From contig JAKUQA010000006.1 in NCBI GenBank assembly GCA_022450525.1, positions 912 to 64,911 of the forward strand: a stretch of DNA of 64,000 nt, read 5' to 3'. Under the pieces are notes generated by a model that saw only the letters and a list, made by a program, of their open reading frames with translations, was not told the origin of the DNA and did not search any database. Source of the DNA: Dehalococcoidia bacterium. Its GTDB lineage: Bacteria > Chloroflexota > Dehalococcoidia > Lucifugimonadales > UBA6952. Shown in pieces: positions 20,792 to 31,568 of the stretch. The position numbers and the translations under genes were made by a program. Positions within the stretch are counted from its first letter, which is position 1, and each line of letters opens with the position of its first letter.

Positions 20792-21811
20792 ATGGAAGAA
20801 CGAATAGTTTCATCACAAGAACAAGGTGAAGACACAGTCTTAGAAACAAATTTGCGGCCTAAAAAGCTTAGTGATTATGTAGGACAAAAATCTGTCAAAG
20901 AAAACTTATCTATTTCTATGGAAGCTTCTAGAAAACGTGGTGATGCATTGGATCATGTTCTTTTTTACGGACCTCCTGGATTAGGAAAGACCACCTTAGC
21001 AAATATAATTGCTTCTGAAATGGGTGTGAATATTCGGGTTACAGCAGGTCCAGCTATTGAACGATCAGGTGATATGGCTGCAATTATAACTTCACTAGAA
21101 GAACACGATGTTTTATTTATCGATGAAATTCATAGATTAAGCAGAGCTGTTGAAGAAGTTTTGTATCCTGCAATGGAGGATTTTTTCTTATCTTGGGTTA
21201 TGGGAAAGGGTTTAGGTGCACGAAGTGTTAATTTGAAAATACCAAAATTTACACTTATAGGCGCAACAACAAGGTACGCTTCAATTAGCTCACCTCTTCG
21301 AAATAGGTTTGGTCTTATTCATCGTTTGGATTACTATGATGTTGAATCACTTGTTCAATTATTAAATAGATCAGCAACAATTTTGAATATAAACTTTGAT
21401 AACGAAGGTTTAAAACAAATAGCTGTTAGATCTCGTGGAACACCCCGTATTGCAAATCGTTTATTAAAAAGAGTTCGTGATTATGCCGAAGTTACTTCTA
21501 ACGGAAAAATAACAGCTTCCATAGCTGATGAGAGTTTGTCAAAGCTTGGAATTACCTCTACAGGTTTGGATGAAATTGACATGAGATTGTTGGAAGCAAT
21601 AGTTGTAAATTTTGCAGGAGGACCTATAGGTTTAGATACCTTAGCAGCATTTATTAATGAAGAGTCTGAAACAATTATGGAAGTTTATGAACCTTATTTG
21701 TTACAAATAGGATTATTATCTCGTACTCCTAAAGGTAGGATTGCAACAAAATTAGCATACGATTTATTTGGTAGAGAATATACTCTTGGTAAACAGGGTA
21801 ATTTAATTTAG
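20792..21811 (+). CDS. ruvB: Holliday junction branch-migration ATPase RuvB
   Basis: 339 aa. [12 protein letters not shown], Walker [10 protein letters not shown], Walker [23 protein letters not shown]. Confidence 0.95.
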   Translation: MEERIVSSQEQGEDTVLETNLRPKKLSDYVGQKSVKENLSISMEASRKRGDALDHVLFYGPPGLGKTTLANIIASEMGVNIRVTAGPAIERSGDMAAIITSLEEHDVLFIDEIHRLSRAVEEVLYPAMEDFFLSWVMGKGLGARSVNLKIPKFTLIGATTRYASISSPLRNRFGLIHRLDYYDVESLVQLLNRSATILNINFDNEGLKQIAVRSRGTPRIANRLLKRVRDYAEVTSNGKITASIADESLSKLGITSTGLDEIDMRLLEAIVVNFAGGPIGLDTLAAFINEESETIMEVYEPYLLQIGLLSRTPKGRIATKLAYDLFGREYTLGKQGNLI

Positions 21812-21822
21812 ATAGCAAGGAG

Positions 21823-22152
21823 ATGAAAATGATTCATGAGTTGAGAATATATGAAGCAATACCAGGTAAATTACCTGAACTGAATAAAAGATTTGACACC
21901 ATAACCTTAGGATATTTCAAAAAATATGATATGAAAGTTGTTGGATTTTGGACTGATGAGTTTGGTGATAATACAAAATTAACATATATATTGGAATTTA
22001 ATGACATAAATCATCGACAAGAAGCATGGGCAAAATTTAGAGCAGATGAAGAAAGAGCTAAAGCTTTTGCAGAAACAGAAAAAAATGGACCTTTAGTTGC
22101 TAGAGTAACTAACTCAATTTTAACTCCTACTTATTATTCACCTTTACGTTAG
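21823..22152 (+). CDS. NIPSNAP-family protein
   Basis: 109 aa. ELRIYEAIPGK..., single ferredoxin-like NIPSNAP-type module. Confidence 0.55.
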   Translation: MKMIHELRIYEAIPGKLPELNKRFDTITLGYFKKYDMKVVGFWTDEFGDNTKLTYILEFNDINHRQEAWAKFRADEERAKAFAETEKNGPLVARVTNSILTPTYYSPLR

Positions 22153-22182
22153 GTAAATTTTTATTTTATTGGAGGTTTATAT

Positions 22183-23115
22183 TTGTCTGAAATATCCGCA
22201 GTCGTTTTTGGATCAGTAAATTATGATTTGATAGCAAAAACTGAAGTTTTTCCTTTAGATGGAGAATCAGTAATTGGTCAAAATTTTTATACTTCTGCAG
22301 GGGGTAAAGGTGGTAACCAAGCTGTGGCTTTAGCACAGTTAGGTGTTGAAACCTATATGGTTTGTAGAATTGGTGATGATTATTATGGTGAAGAACTTCT
22401 TACTAGTTTGCAAACGTTTGGTGTAGATGTATCCATGGTTGGTATTGAAAAAGACATGAACTCTGGAATTGCACATATATCAGTGAATGATTCCGGGCAG
22501 AATAAAATTATTATTGTCAGAGGTGCTAATGGAACATGTTCGGATGTGGAAATAAATAAAATTATATCAAAATTAGATACTACTGCTGATGCACTTTTAT
22601 TACAGATGGAACTTCCTTTAGAGCTTTCTTTAAAAGCTGCTCAATATTCTCAAAAGGTAAAAAAGCTTGTTGTAATGGATCCCGCACCTGCGGGGATTAT
22701 ACCTTTAGAAGCATACAAATATTTTGACTATTTGATTCCTAATGAAACAGAAGCGGAAACTCTAGTTGGGCACCCAGTTCAAACCAAAAATCAGATAAGT
22801 AATGCTGCAAGAACTCTTCTTGATAGAGGAGTGAAAGAGGGAGTTATTATTAAATTAGGTGAAAAAGGTGCATATTATATTAATAATGTAGAATCTGGAT
22901 TTATTGAGGCAAAAAAAGTTAAAGCCGTAGATACTGTAGCAGCTGGTGATGCCTTTAATGCTGGATTTACAGCATATTTATTAAAAGGAAATTCTTTTGT
23001 AGAGTCTGTGGCTATGGGCGTAACGATAGGATCATTAGCAGTTACAAAATCTGGTGCACAGGAATCTATGCCGACATTGGAAGAAGTTGATTCTTTTTTG
23101 AATACAACAAAATAA
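22183..23115 (+). CDS. rbsK: PfkB-family sugar kinase (ribokinase-like)
   Basis: 310 aa. GGKGGNQAVA and DTVAAGDAFNAGF motifs of ribokinase-type kinases. TTG start. Confidence 0.7.
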   Translation: MSEISAVVFGSVNYDLIAKTEVFPLDGESVIGQNFYTSAGGKGGNQAVALAQLGVETYMVCRIGDDYYGEELLTSLQTFGVDVSMVGIEKDMNSGIAHISVNDSGQNKIIIVRGANGTCSDVEINKIISKLDTTADALLLQMELPLELSLKAAQYSQKVKKLVVMDPAPAGIIPLEAYKYFDYLIPNETEAETLVGHPVQTKNQISNAARTLLDRGVKEGVIIKLGEKGAYYINNVESGFIEAKKVKAVDTVAAGDAFNAGFTAYLLKGNSFVESVAMGVTIGSLAVTKSGAQESMPTLEEVDSFLNTTK

Positions 23116-23130
23116 ACCTAAGGGGGAAAT

Positions 23131-23880
23131 ATGGGCAACTTAGATGGGCAAGTAGCAATTGTAACAGGCTCTGCTACTGGAATTGGTTATGGTATAGCTG
23201 AGAGGCTTTCGAATGATGGTGCAAATATTATTATGGTTGATTTTGATGCAGAGTTAGCAGAACAGTCTGGAAGTGAATTAGCTGCAAAGAATGTAGATTT
23301 AGAGATATGTATTGGCGATGTTGCTAACCCTGAAACAGCCCAAGAAGCAGTAAGGAAAGCATTAGATAAATGGGGAAGAATAGATATTCTCATAAATAAT
23401 GCTGGCATTGGGGGCAAAAATGGTAATATTTGGGAATTGGATGTTGAAGAATTAGACAGAGTATATAGAACAAATTTTAGAGGGGTTTTCTCTTTTTGCC
23501 ATGAAGTGATACCTCATATGATTGAAAAAGATTATGGCCGAATAGTTAATATTGCATCAATTGCTGGTAAAGAAGGAAATCCAAGAATGGTTCCTTATTC
23601 AGCAACAAAATCTGCAGTAATTGGACTTACTAAGTCAGTTGGAAAAGAACTTGCTGGCACAGGGGTATTAGTAAATTGCATTACTCCTGCAGTCGTACAA
23701 ACTAGAATTCTTGATCAATTCACACCTGATCAAGTGAAATATATGGTAGATAGAATTCCGGTTGGCAGAACAGGAGAAATCACAGAAATCGCAGCACTGG
23801 TAGCGTGGTTATCATCTGAAGAGTGTTCATTTAGTACAGGTGCTGTTTTTGATATCAGTGGAGGTAGAGCAACATATTAA
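23131..23880 (+). CDS. Short-chain dehydrogenase/reductase (FabG-like)
   Basis: 249 aa. TGSATGIGYG cofactor motif, NNAG, catalytic YSATKSAV. Confidence 0.88.
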   Translation: MGNLDGQVAIVTGSATGIGYGIAERLSNDGANIIMVDFDAELAEQSGSELAAKNVDLEICIGDVANPETAQEAVRKALDKWGRIDILINNAGIGGKNGNIWELDVEELDRVYRTNFRGVFSFCHEVIPHMIEKDYGRIVNIASIAGKEGNPRMVPYSATKSAVIGLTKSVGKELAGTGVLVNCITPAVVQTRILDQFTPDQVKYMVDRIPVGRTGEITEIAALVAWLSSEECSFSTGAVFDISGGRATY

Positions 23881-23905
23881 ACAATGATTAGGTTTAGGAG
23901 GAAGT

Positions 23906-24709
23906 ATGAATTACGAATATGTGAAATTTGAGGTAAAGAATCAAGTTGCATGGGTGACAATAAATAGGGAAGAAGTACGGAATGCTTTACATCAACCAGC
24001 CCATGTTGAGCTTTATAGTATTTGGAACATGATTGATCAGGACCCTAATATTAGAGTCGCAGTATTAACTGGTGCAGGTGACAAGTCTTTTAGTGCGGGT
24101 AATGATCTGAAATTCTCTACTGAATTGGCTAAAAAAGGGTTAGATCACAATAAATTAGGTAATATGCCTTTGGGAGGGTTTGGAGGTATAACGAATCCTA
24201 GATATAGAATGTCAAAACCATTAATAGCAGCAGTAAATGGTTTTGCTTTGGGAGGTGGGTTTGAACTTGCCTTAGCGTGTGACATTATTATCGCTGCAGA
24301 TCATGCCCAATTTGGTTTACCTGAACCAACTGTTGGTTTGGTCGCAGGTGCTGGAGGAATGCATCGACTTCCTAGACAAATTCCTTATAAAGTAGCAATG
24401 GGTATGATGCTTACAGCTAGACGGCTTTCAGCACAAGATGCTTTTGGCTATGGTTTAGTGAATCAAATATGTCCTTTAGATGATTTGTATTCTGTTGTAT
24501 CAGAATGGGCTTCGGATATAATTAAATGTGCTCCATTGGCTATACAAGGAACTAAGGAAGCCTCAACTATAGGATTTGATTTACCTCTTGAGGCTGCATT
24601 TAATAAAACATATTATTGGATAGATTTGCATATGGCATCTCCAGATAGATTAGAAGGAATGAGTGCTTTTGTAGAAAAAAGAAGTCCTCGATGGAAGGGT
24701 AGTGTATGA
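23906..24709 (+). CDS. Enoyl-CoA hydratase/isomerase (crotonase) family protein
   Basis: 267 aa. GAGDKSFSAGNDL and AAVNGFALGGGFELALACD oxyanion-hole motifs. ATGA overlap with the next gene. Confidence 0.88.
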   Translation: MNYEYVKFEVKNQVAWVTINREEVRNALHQPAHVELYSIWNMIDQDPNIRVAVLTGAGDKSFSAGNDLKFSTELAKKGLDHNKLGNMPLGGFGGITNPRYRMSKPLIAAVNGFALGGGFELALACDIIIAADHAQFGLPEPTVGLVAGAGGMHRLPRQIPYKVAMGMMLTARRLSAQDAFGYGLVNQICPLDDLYSVVSEWASDIIKCAPLAIQGTKEASTIGFDLPLEAAFNKTYYWIDLHMASPDRLEGMSAFVEKRSPRWKGSV

Positions 24710-25962
24710 TTTTTAATCATAATGATAAGGGTGAACCTCTTCCATTATCTGGCATTAGAGTAGTGGATTTAACATGGATTGTGGCCGGTCCTCAAACAAC
24801 AAGAATTTTTGCAGATTTAGGTGCTGAAGTTATCAAAGTTGAATATAAAGAATCTCCAGATTACATAAGAGGCGCACCTCCATTTGCAGATAATATATCT
24901 GGGGTAAATAGAAGCGGGTTTTTTAATAATTTAAACCGAAATAAACACTCTCTTTCACTTAATGTTATGCATCCAGATGGAATGGATGTTCTGAAAAATT
25001 TAATTGGTGTTTCAGATATATTAATCGAAAATTTTAGTTCCAAAGTTTTAGATAAATGGGGGCTAAATTATGAGGAACAAATAAAAATAAAACCTGACAT
25101 AATTTACTTAAGTTTGTCTGGATTTGGCCATAGTGGAAGTAAGCAGGACTATACTACTTGGGGGCCTACTGCCCAAGCACTCTCAGGGTTAACATATATG
25201 TCGGGCTCTCCCAATGAATATCCAGCTGGATGGGGGTATTCATTCCTAGACCATACAGCAGGGTATTATGGAGCTATAGCTTTATTATTAGCTTTGCATC
25301 ATAGAAATAATAGTGGAGAAGGACAATCAGTTGATATTTCACAAGTAGAAACTGGTATGGCTCTTACGGGAACTTATTTGTTAGATTATTTTGTGAATGG
25401 TAGAAAATATAAACGAGAAGGAAACCCTCCAGGGAATAGAGCTCGATTTGATATTGTGGCTCCACACAATATTTATCGATGTTATGGAGAGGATCGATGG
25501 ATATCTATAGTAGTTTCAAATGACATCGAATGGAGCATATTTTGCAAAGTAATAAACAGAATCGATTTACTAGAGAACAATTTATTCTCTACCAATACAT
25601 TACGTATAACTAATCAAGATGTTTTAGACCAAGAAATCAGTGAATCTCTCAGGAATTGGAATGCTGATGAATTGATGCATCTATTGCAGACAAAAGGAGT
25701 TAGCGCAGGCCTGGTACAAAATGCAAGAGATAGAGTTGATAATGATATTCAACTTAAAGATCGAAATTATTTTCAAGAAATTGAGCATCCAGAAATAGGA
25801 ACATATAAATTTGATGGATTTCCTGCAAAATTTAATGAGATAGGCCATCATATGAAAAGGTCATCCCCAATAATAGGTCAGGATAGTAAATCAATAATTT
25901 CTGGTTTATTAGGATATAAACAGGAAGATATAGACAGAATGGAAAGCGAGGATGTTTTTTGA
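24706..25962 (+). CDS. Family III CoA-transferase (CaiB/BaiF/Frc type), paralog 1
   Basis: 418 aa. LSGIRVVDLTWIVAGPQTTRIFADLGAEVIKVE N-terminus and GYSFLDHTAGYY (catalytic Asp region). Confidence 0.82.
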   Translation: MIFNHNDKGEPLPLSGIRVVDLTWIVAGPQTTRIFADLGAEVIKVEYKESPDYIRGAPPFADNISGVNRSGFFNNLNRNKHSLSLNVMHPDGMDVLKNLIGVSDILIENFSSKVLDKWGLNYEEQIKIKPDIIYLSLSGFGHSGSKQDYTTWGPTAQALSGLTYMSGSPNEYPAGWGYSFLDHTAGYYGAIALLLALHHRNNSGEGQSVDISQVETGMALTGTYLLDYFVNGRKYKREGNPPGNRARFDIVAPHNIYRCYGEDRWISIVVSNDIEWSIFCKVINRIDLLENNLFSTNTLRITNQDVLDQEISESLRNWNADELMHLLQTKGVSAGLVQNARDRVDNDIQLKDRNYFQEIEHPEIGTYKFDGFPAKFNEIGHHMKRSSPIIGQDSKSIISGLLGYKQEDIDRMESEDVF

Positions 25963-27215
25963 TAAATCAAACTTATGCTTTGAATGATGTTACAGTCTTA
26001 GATCTAACTGATGAAAAAGGTGTGTATACAGGAAAATTACTCGCTGATATGGGAGCAAATGTAATCAGAATAGAACCCTTGTCTGGGAATAAAACAAGAT
26101 TAATTGGACCATTTTTCATGGATAGAGTTAACGAAGAATCTAGTCTATATAATTGGTATCATAACACAAGCAAAAAAAGTATTACTTTAGATATTTCTAC
26201 CAAGGAGGGTATAGAAATATTAAAAAAGCTTTGTCTAAAAGCAGATATCCTTTTAGAATCTTTTGATGATAATTATTTAGAGGGTATAGGTTTAAGTTAT
26301 GATGATATTTCTAAGCAAAATAGCCAGTTGATTTGGACTGCTATTTCAGGTTTTGGAAGGACGGGACCTTATGCAAATTACAAAACAACTGATTTAGTTG
26401 CACTTTCACTTGGAGGCCCTGTCGCTAGTTGTGGATATGATCATCTACCAAACAATCCTCCAATGTGTCCCGATGGTTGGGCTGGATATTATACTGGTTC
26501 GCATTACGCCGCTATTAGTACATTAGTTGCTTTAATCTATCGGGATATGACTAATAGAGGACAATATATTGATGTCTCAATTCACGAAGCAATCTCATCT
26601 TCTACAGAAGCAGCTTTACCTATGTATATCTATCAAAATGCTGTGCCACTAAGACAAACCGGTCGTCATCATAGTATAAATCCTACCCCGCCAGCAATTT
26701 ATAGATGTATGGATGGTGGCATGATCCATGTTTTTGGGACCCCACCACAGGATTTGAATAGATGGTCAAAGTTACTAGAGTGGATTCAAGAATCACAAGA
26801 TGCTTCAGAATTATTTACTCCAAGATATGAAGAAATGGTAACGATGAGAAATAGAGATTCAGATCTCATGTTTACTTTATTTAGTTACATAGGACACTTG
26901 ATAAATTCATTAGATTCTGAATACGTATTCAATAGAGCCCAATCTATTGGATTACCTTGGGGTTTAGTCAGATCTCCAGAAGAAAACGTATCTGATAAAC
27001 ATTTTTGGGAAAGAGGATTTTTTGTTGATATAAGCTCTGAAAATGATGAAAAGCCTTCATATTTCCCAGGAGCACCGTATATTTTTAATAAAACACCCTG
27101 GAGAATTCACTCTTCTGCACCTATATTGGGACAGGATAACGATGAAATTTACAAACTTATGTTGAATTTTACTACTAGTGATATTGAGAAGTTGAAAGCA
27201 AACAAGATAATATAA
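25959..27215 (+). CDS. Family III CoA-transferase, paralog 2
   Basis: 418 aa. VTVLDLTDEKGVYTGKLLADMGANVIRIE N-terminus, same architecture as paralog 1. Start overlaps the previous stop by 4 nt. Confidence 0.78.
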   Translation: MINQTYALNDVTVLDLTDEKGVYTGKLLADMGANVIRIEPLSGNKTRLIGPFFMDRVNEESSLYNWYHNTSKKSITLDISTKEGIEILKKLCLKADILLESFDDNYLEGIGLSYDDISKQNSQLIWTAISGFGRTGPYANYKTTDLVALSLGGPVASCGYDHLPNNPPMCPDGWAGYYTGSHYAAISTLVALIYRDMTNRGQYIDVSIHEAISSSTEAALPMYIYQNAVPLRQTGRHHSINPTPPAIYRCMDGGMIHVFGTPPQDLNRWSKLLEWIQESQDASELFTPRYEEMVTMRNRDSDLMFTLFSYIGHLINSLDSEYVFNRAQSIGLPWGLVRSPEENVSDKHFWERGFFVDISSENDEKPSYFPGAPYIFNKTPWRIHSSAPILGQDNDEIYKLMLNFTTSDIEKLKANKII

Positions 27216-27239
27216 TTAGACCTACATTTAGGAGGAATT

Positions 27240-27854
27240 TTGGATATTCTAAATACTATATTTTTAATCGTATTTGCTTATTTAGGTGGTTCATTAGTTT
27301 GGGCAAATATAATTACAAAATTTTACAAAAAAGAAATTACAGATTTTGGTACAAATAATCCGGGAACTGCTAATTTTACAAGAGAATTTGGTTTATCTGG
27401 TGGTTTTCTAGTGTTTCTTGGAGATGTTTTTACAGGATTTGTTGTATTTACTATTTGTATTTATTTAACAAACAATCTTGAAGAATTTAAGACACTTTTA
27501 GTAATAACTTTACCCTGTTTTATACTATTAGGTACTTTTTTTCCAGTTTATTTTAAATTTAGAGGAGGAACTGGTCTTGCTAAATGTATTGGAGTATCAT
27601 GTGCAATCAATCCGTTAGCATTTTTAATACTATTTCCAATCATTTTAATTGTTACACTGAAGACTAAAGCTTTTGCTGTTGTAGGGGCTCTTTTTATAAT
27701 TCTTATAGTTTTTTCTTCCATAACAAAATATCAATACAATCTAATGGATCTCAAATATACTTACCCGGATTTACAAGGTTTATTTGCAGTAGCATTGTGT
27801 GGAGTAATGGTTTTACTCAAAGGTATGCATCAATATAAGTTAAGATTGTATTAA
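27240..27854 (+). CDS. Divergent PlsY-like membrane protein (second copy)
   Basis: 204 aa. Same TM layout as PlsY. Recognisable motif 1 (GTNNPGTANFTR) but altered motif 2 (GDVFTG) and motif 3 (GTFFPVYFKFRGGTG). Confidence 0.6.
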   Translation: MDILNTIFLIVFAYLGGSLVWANIITKFYKKEITDFGTNNPGTANFTREFGLSGGFLVFLGDVFTGFVVFTICIYLTNNLEEFKTLLVITLPCFILLGTFFPVYFKFRGGTGLAKCIGVSCAINPLAFLILFPIILIVTLKTKAFAVVGALFIILIVFSSITKYQYNLMDLKYTYPDLQGLFAVALCGVMVLLKGMHQYKLRLY

Positions 27855-29645
27855 TTATTCAGTAAAGTTGAGATTATACAAATTCTGGTAAAATTCACTT
27901 GAATTCATTAGTTCTTCATGACTACCAGAAGCCAAAATTTTACCTTGATCCATAACAATTATTCTATCTGCGTTTCGTATTGTGGATAATCTATGAGCTA
28001 TTACAATTGAAGTACGATTATTTAGCAGAGTGTTTAAAGCTTTTTGTATTTTTATTTCTGTAAAGGTATCTACATTTGCAGTTGCTTCATCGAGTATCAG
28101 TATTTCTGGGTCTGCTAATAATACTCTCGCAAAACTAATTAACTGTCTTTGCCCTAAACTAAGATTCATGCCACGCTCGTGAAGAATTGTGTCGTATTGT
28201 TCACTCAATTCATTAATAAAATCATGTGCACCTGCAGCCTTGCTAGCTTTAATTATATCCTCTAAAGAAGCGTTATCATGATTGTATTTAATGTTCTCTG
28301 CGACAGTTAATGAATATAAGAAAGGTTCTTGAAGGACCATACCTAATCGTTGTCGTAAATATTCACGTGGTAGTTCCTTTAAATTTAATCCATCGATTAA
28401 GACTGTTCCTTCTGTTGGATCATAAAATCTAGCAGCTAGTGAAGCTATAGTTGTTTTTCCAGCTCCAGTTGGGCCTACTAAGGCGATCATTTCCCCTGAT
28501 TCTATACTTAAATCTAAATTTTTTAATGCATATCTATCTTTTGTATATTCCATAGTGACATTATCAAATTTCAACTTACTAGATTTTTCGATTTTACTAT
28601 TTGATTTGATCGATTCATTATAAATCACTTCAGGTTCTACACTAAGTAATTCGAATATTCGTACTGCTGATGTTGTAGTTCTTTGAAATTCTGTATATTG
28701 CATTGTTAGACTTCTAATAGGTTCAAAAAATCTTTGAACATAAAGTGTAAATGCAATCAATTCTCCCAATTGTAGTTCTTCTCCTAGAACCATGTTTCCA
28801 CCAATAATTATTACTAAACTCAAAGAAATAGCTGTAATAAATTCCACGGTTGGCATAAGTGCGGAAGATAGCCTGATTGCTTTGATATTAGCTTGTAAAT
28901 GATCATCATTTACTCCATCAAAAATTTTCGCATTTCTTTCTTCTCTATTAAAACTTTGTACTATTCGTACACCAGAAATATTTTGTTGGAGTCGTGAATT
29001 TACTACTGATATTGCCTGTCTAACTTTGACAAAGGCAGCTTTAGCTCTAGTTTGCCAAAGAGCAATTATAAATAAAAGAAAAGGAATTACGGTGAAACAA
29101 TACAAAGCTAATTTAACATTCATCAATAACATAACAATGGTTATGCCTACTACACTGAGCATATCCCCTAAAGTGAGAGCTAACATGGGGAAAAACTCTT
29201 GTAGTTGATTTACATCATTTTGTATTCTACTCATTATTCTTCCCACTTCGTTTTTATCAAAAAACGGTATGGATAGGTTTTGCAAATGATCAAACATTTT
29301 CATTCTTAGATTAAGGAGTACATGTTGTGAGGCCTGTGCTAATAACTTTAGGTAACTGACATTTGCAACATAATTTATTGTTACAACAATAAATAAAGCT
29401 ATGCCCCATTGATTTAAACTAGATTTATTTTGAGTAAGTATGAAGGCATCTGTGACGTATCCAATAATTCTAGGTAAAGCTACAATAGTGAGTGTATAAA
29501 ATGTCATCATTACCATAGCTAAAGTAAAGACAATTAATTTTCCTCTGAGAAAAGGGAACAGCTGTTTTGCTGCTCCAAAATCCCATACAGCACCTATTTC
29601 TTCTTCATTGAGAGTAGTCCATGCGGCAGTGCGTTTATTAAGCAT
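27855..29645 (-). CDS. ABC exporter, fused permease/ATPase half-transporter (MdlB/YheH-like)
   Basis: 596 aa. Six-TM exporter domain, Walker A GPTGAGKTT, signature LSLGQRQ, Walker B ILILDEATA. Confidence 0.9.
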   Translation of the reverse strand: MLNKRTAAWTTLNEEEIGAVWDFGAAKQLFPFLRGKLIVFTLAMVMMTFYTLTIVALPRIIGYVTDAFILTQNKSSLNQWGIALFIVVTINYVANVSYLKLLAQASQHVLLNLRMKMFDHLQNLSIPFFDKNEVGRIMSRIQNDVNQLQEFFPMLALTLGDMLSVVGITIVMLLMNVKLALYCFTVIPFLLFIIALWQTRAKAAFVKVRQAISVVNSRLQQNISGVRIVQSFNREERNAKIFDGVNDDHLQANIKAIRLSSALMPTVEFITAISLSLVIIIGGNMVLGEELQLGELIAFTLYVQRFFEPIRSLTMQYTEFQRTTTSAVRIFELLSVEPEVIYNESIKSNSKIEKSSKLKFDNVTMEYTKDRYALKNLDLSIESGEMIALVGPTGAGKTTIASLAARFYDPTEGTVLIDGLNLKELPREYLRQRLGMVLQEPFLYSLTVAENIKYNHDNASLEDIIKASKAAGAHDFINELSEQYDTILHERGMNLSLGQRQLISFARVLLADPEILILDEATANVDTFTEIKIQKALNTLLNNRTSIVIAHRLSTIRNADRIIVMDQGKILASGSHEELMNSSEFYQNLYNLNFTE

Positions 29646-31422
29646 GATTGGTATCTTCCTTCAATGAGACATTATTTTGTATTAGGGGTTGATCTGCTTG
29701 ATTTTCAGCAATTTGTAAATTATACAAATCTTTATATATACCTTCTTGTTGAATTAATTCTGTATGATTTCCTCTTTGTTCAATTAATCCATTATTTAAA
29801 ACAATGATATTATCGGCATTTTGTACTGAACTTATTCTGTGAGCAATGATAATTGTAGTTTTATCTTGGGAAATATTTTCCAATTGTGCTTGTATATATT
29901 TTTCTGTGATTGTATCAACACTTGATGTGGCATCGTCTATTATTAATATTGGTGGATCGATTAGTAATGCTCTGGCAATTGAAATTCTTTGTCTTTGTCC
30001 TCCTGATAAAGTGCTTCCTCTTTCACCAACGACGGTATCATATTTATGTGGTAAAGACATGACAAACTCATGAATCTGGGCGATTTTAGCAACTTTTTCA
30101 ATTTCTTCAATAGAAATATTAGGGTTACCATAGGCTATATTTTCCCTAATGCTATCAGTAAACAAGAAAACATCTTGGTGGATTAAGCCAATATTTTTTC
30201 GTAAATTTATTAATTCAAACTTATCTACTGAAATATTGTCTATAGTAACAAATCCATCGGTAGGTTCATAAAATCGTGGTATAAGGTTAATAATACTTGT
30301 TTTTCCGCTTCCTGGTGGGCCTATAATTCCTAGGGTTTCACCTGGTTTTATTCGGAAATCAATATTATGTAGAATATCTTTTCCAGATTCATGATAAAAC
30401 GAAACATTTTCAAATTTTATTTCACCTTTGATTTTTGTCGTAGAATCTGCATTATCATGGTTAAAAATTGATGGGTCACTATCTAATATTTCAAATATGC
30501 GTGTACCTGCAGATAGACCTCGAGAAAAAGAGTTAGTAACCCAGGCTGCTATTCTTACTGGCATAGCTAGCATACCAAGATATAATATAAATTGAGCAAG
30601 TTCACCAGCTGTCATATTTCCATCGACTACTTCTGTTCCCCCAACCCACAATATTAGTGCAGTACTTGCCATATAGAAAAATGTCATCATTCCAGCATTA
30701 TTTGCTTGTAGGGCAGCAGCTTCGTAGGCATGTTCCGCAACTTCACCAGTGCGGTTAAGAAAGCGTTTTTCTTCAAACTCTTCAGCACCAAACGCTTTTA
30801 CTACTTTTTGACCAGATAGGTTTTCTTGCAAGATAGTGGTCATATGTCCCATTGCTACTTGAACAAGGAACCATTTTTTCCTTTGGGCTAATATGAAAAT
30901 ACTACCGCGCCATATAATGAATGGTACAAATACTAAGCAATATAAGCTTAATTTCCAATCTAATAAAACAATTAAAATCATTACGCCCAAAATTAAACTT
31001 ATACAGAAGAAAGATCGTATCATTCCTCCTTGGACAAACATTCGAATTCCTTCAATATCAGATGTGGCTCGTGACATCAAATTTCCTGTTTGATGTTTGT
31101 CATGAAAATCGAAATTGAGGGTTTGTAAATGTGTATAAAATTCATTTCTCAGGTCATAAGCAACTTGTTGTCCCAGTGATTCACCAAAATAAGTTTGGCC
31201 ATAGGCCATAAGTCCTCTAAACAAGTTTGCTAATATTATTCCTCCGGCTAAGAGCCATAAGCCTTGGGCTGAACCAGAAGTGATTACAGCATCAATGGCT
31301 GTTCCGATAATTTTTGGGATCATTAAGCCAAAAACTGTTACACCTATTATGGAAAGATATGCTAATAGTAATCGACCTTTGTAAGGTGCTGTTCTTTTAG
31401 CTAATCTGATTAATACGTTCAT
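29638..31422 (-). CDS. ABC exporter, fused permease/ATPase half-transporter (MdlA/YheI-like)
   Basis: 594 aa. Walker A GPPGSGKTS, signature LSGGQRQR, Walker B ILIIDDATS. 8-nt overlap with the downstream partner implies a heterodimer. Confidence 0.9.
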   Translation of the reverse strand: MNVLIRLAKRTAPYKGRLLLAYLSIIGVTVFGLMIPKIIGTAIDAVITSGSAQGLWLLAGGIILANLFRGLMAYGQTYFGESLGQQVAYDLRNEFYTHLQTLNFDFHDKHQTGNLMSRATSDIEGIRMFVQGGMIRSFFCISLILGVMILIVLLDWKLSLYCLVFVPFIIWRGSIFILAQRKKWFLVQVAMGHMTTILQENLSGQKVVKAFGAEEFEEKRFLNRTGEVAEHAYEAAALQANNAGMMTFFYMASTALILWVGGTEVVDGNMTAGELAQFILYLGMLAMPVRIAAWVTNSFSRGLSAGTRIFEILDSDPSIFNHDNADSTTKIKGEIKFENVSFYHESGKDILHNIDFRIKPGETLGIIGPPGSGKTSIINLIPRFYEPTDGFVTIDNISVDKFELINLRKNIGLIHQDVFLFTDSIRENIAYGNPNISIEEIEKVAKIAQIHEFVMSLPHKYDTVVGERGSTLSGGQRQRISIARALLIDPPILIIDDATSSVDTITEKYIQAQLENISQDKTTIIIAHRISSVQNADNIIVLNNGLIEQRGNHTELIQQEGIYKDLYNLQIAENQADQPLIQNNVSLKEDTNHA

Positions 31423-31568
31423 AGAAGTTTTAACAAAAGGTAAAAAAATAAAAATTCTTCAGCTATTATTACTTAAATAGTGATAAAATGCCAACAATTC
31501 GTTTTTTTTCTTACGGTAATAATTAATAAAATGAATTATCTGATCAAATTTTATTACATTTTAGGGTT

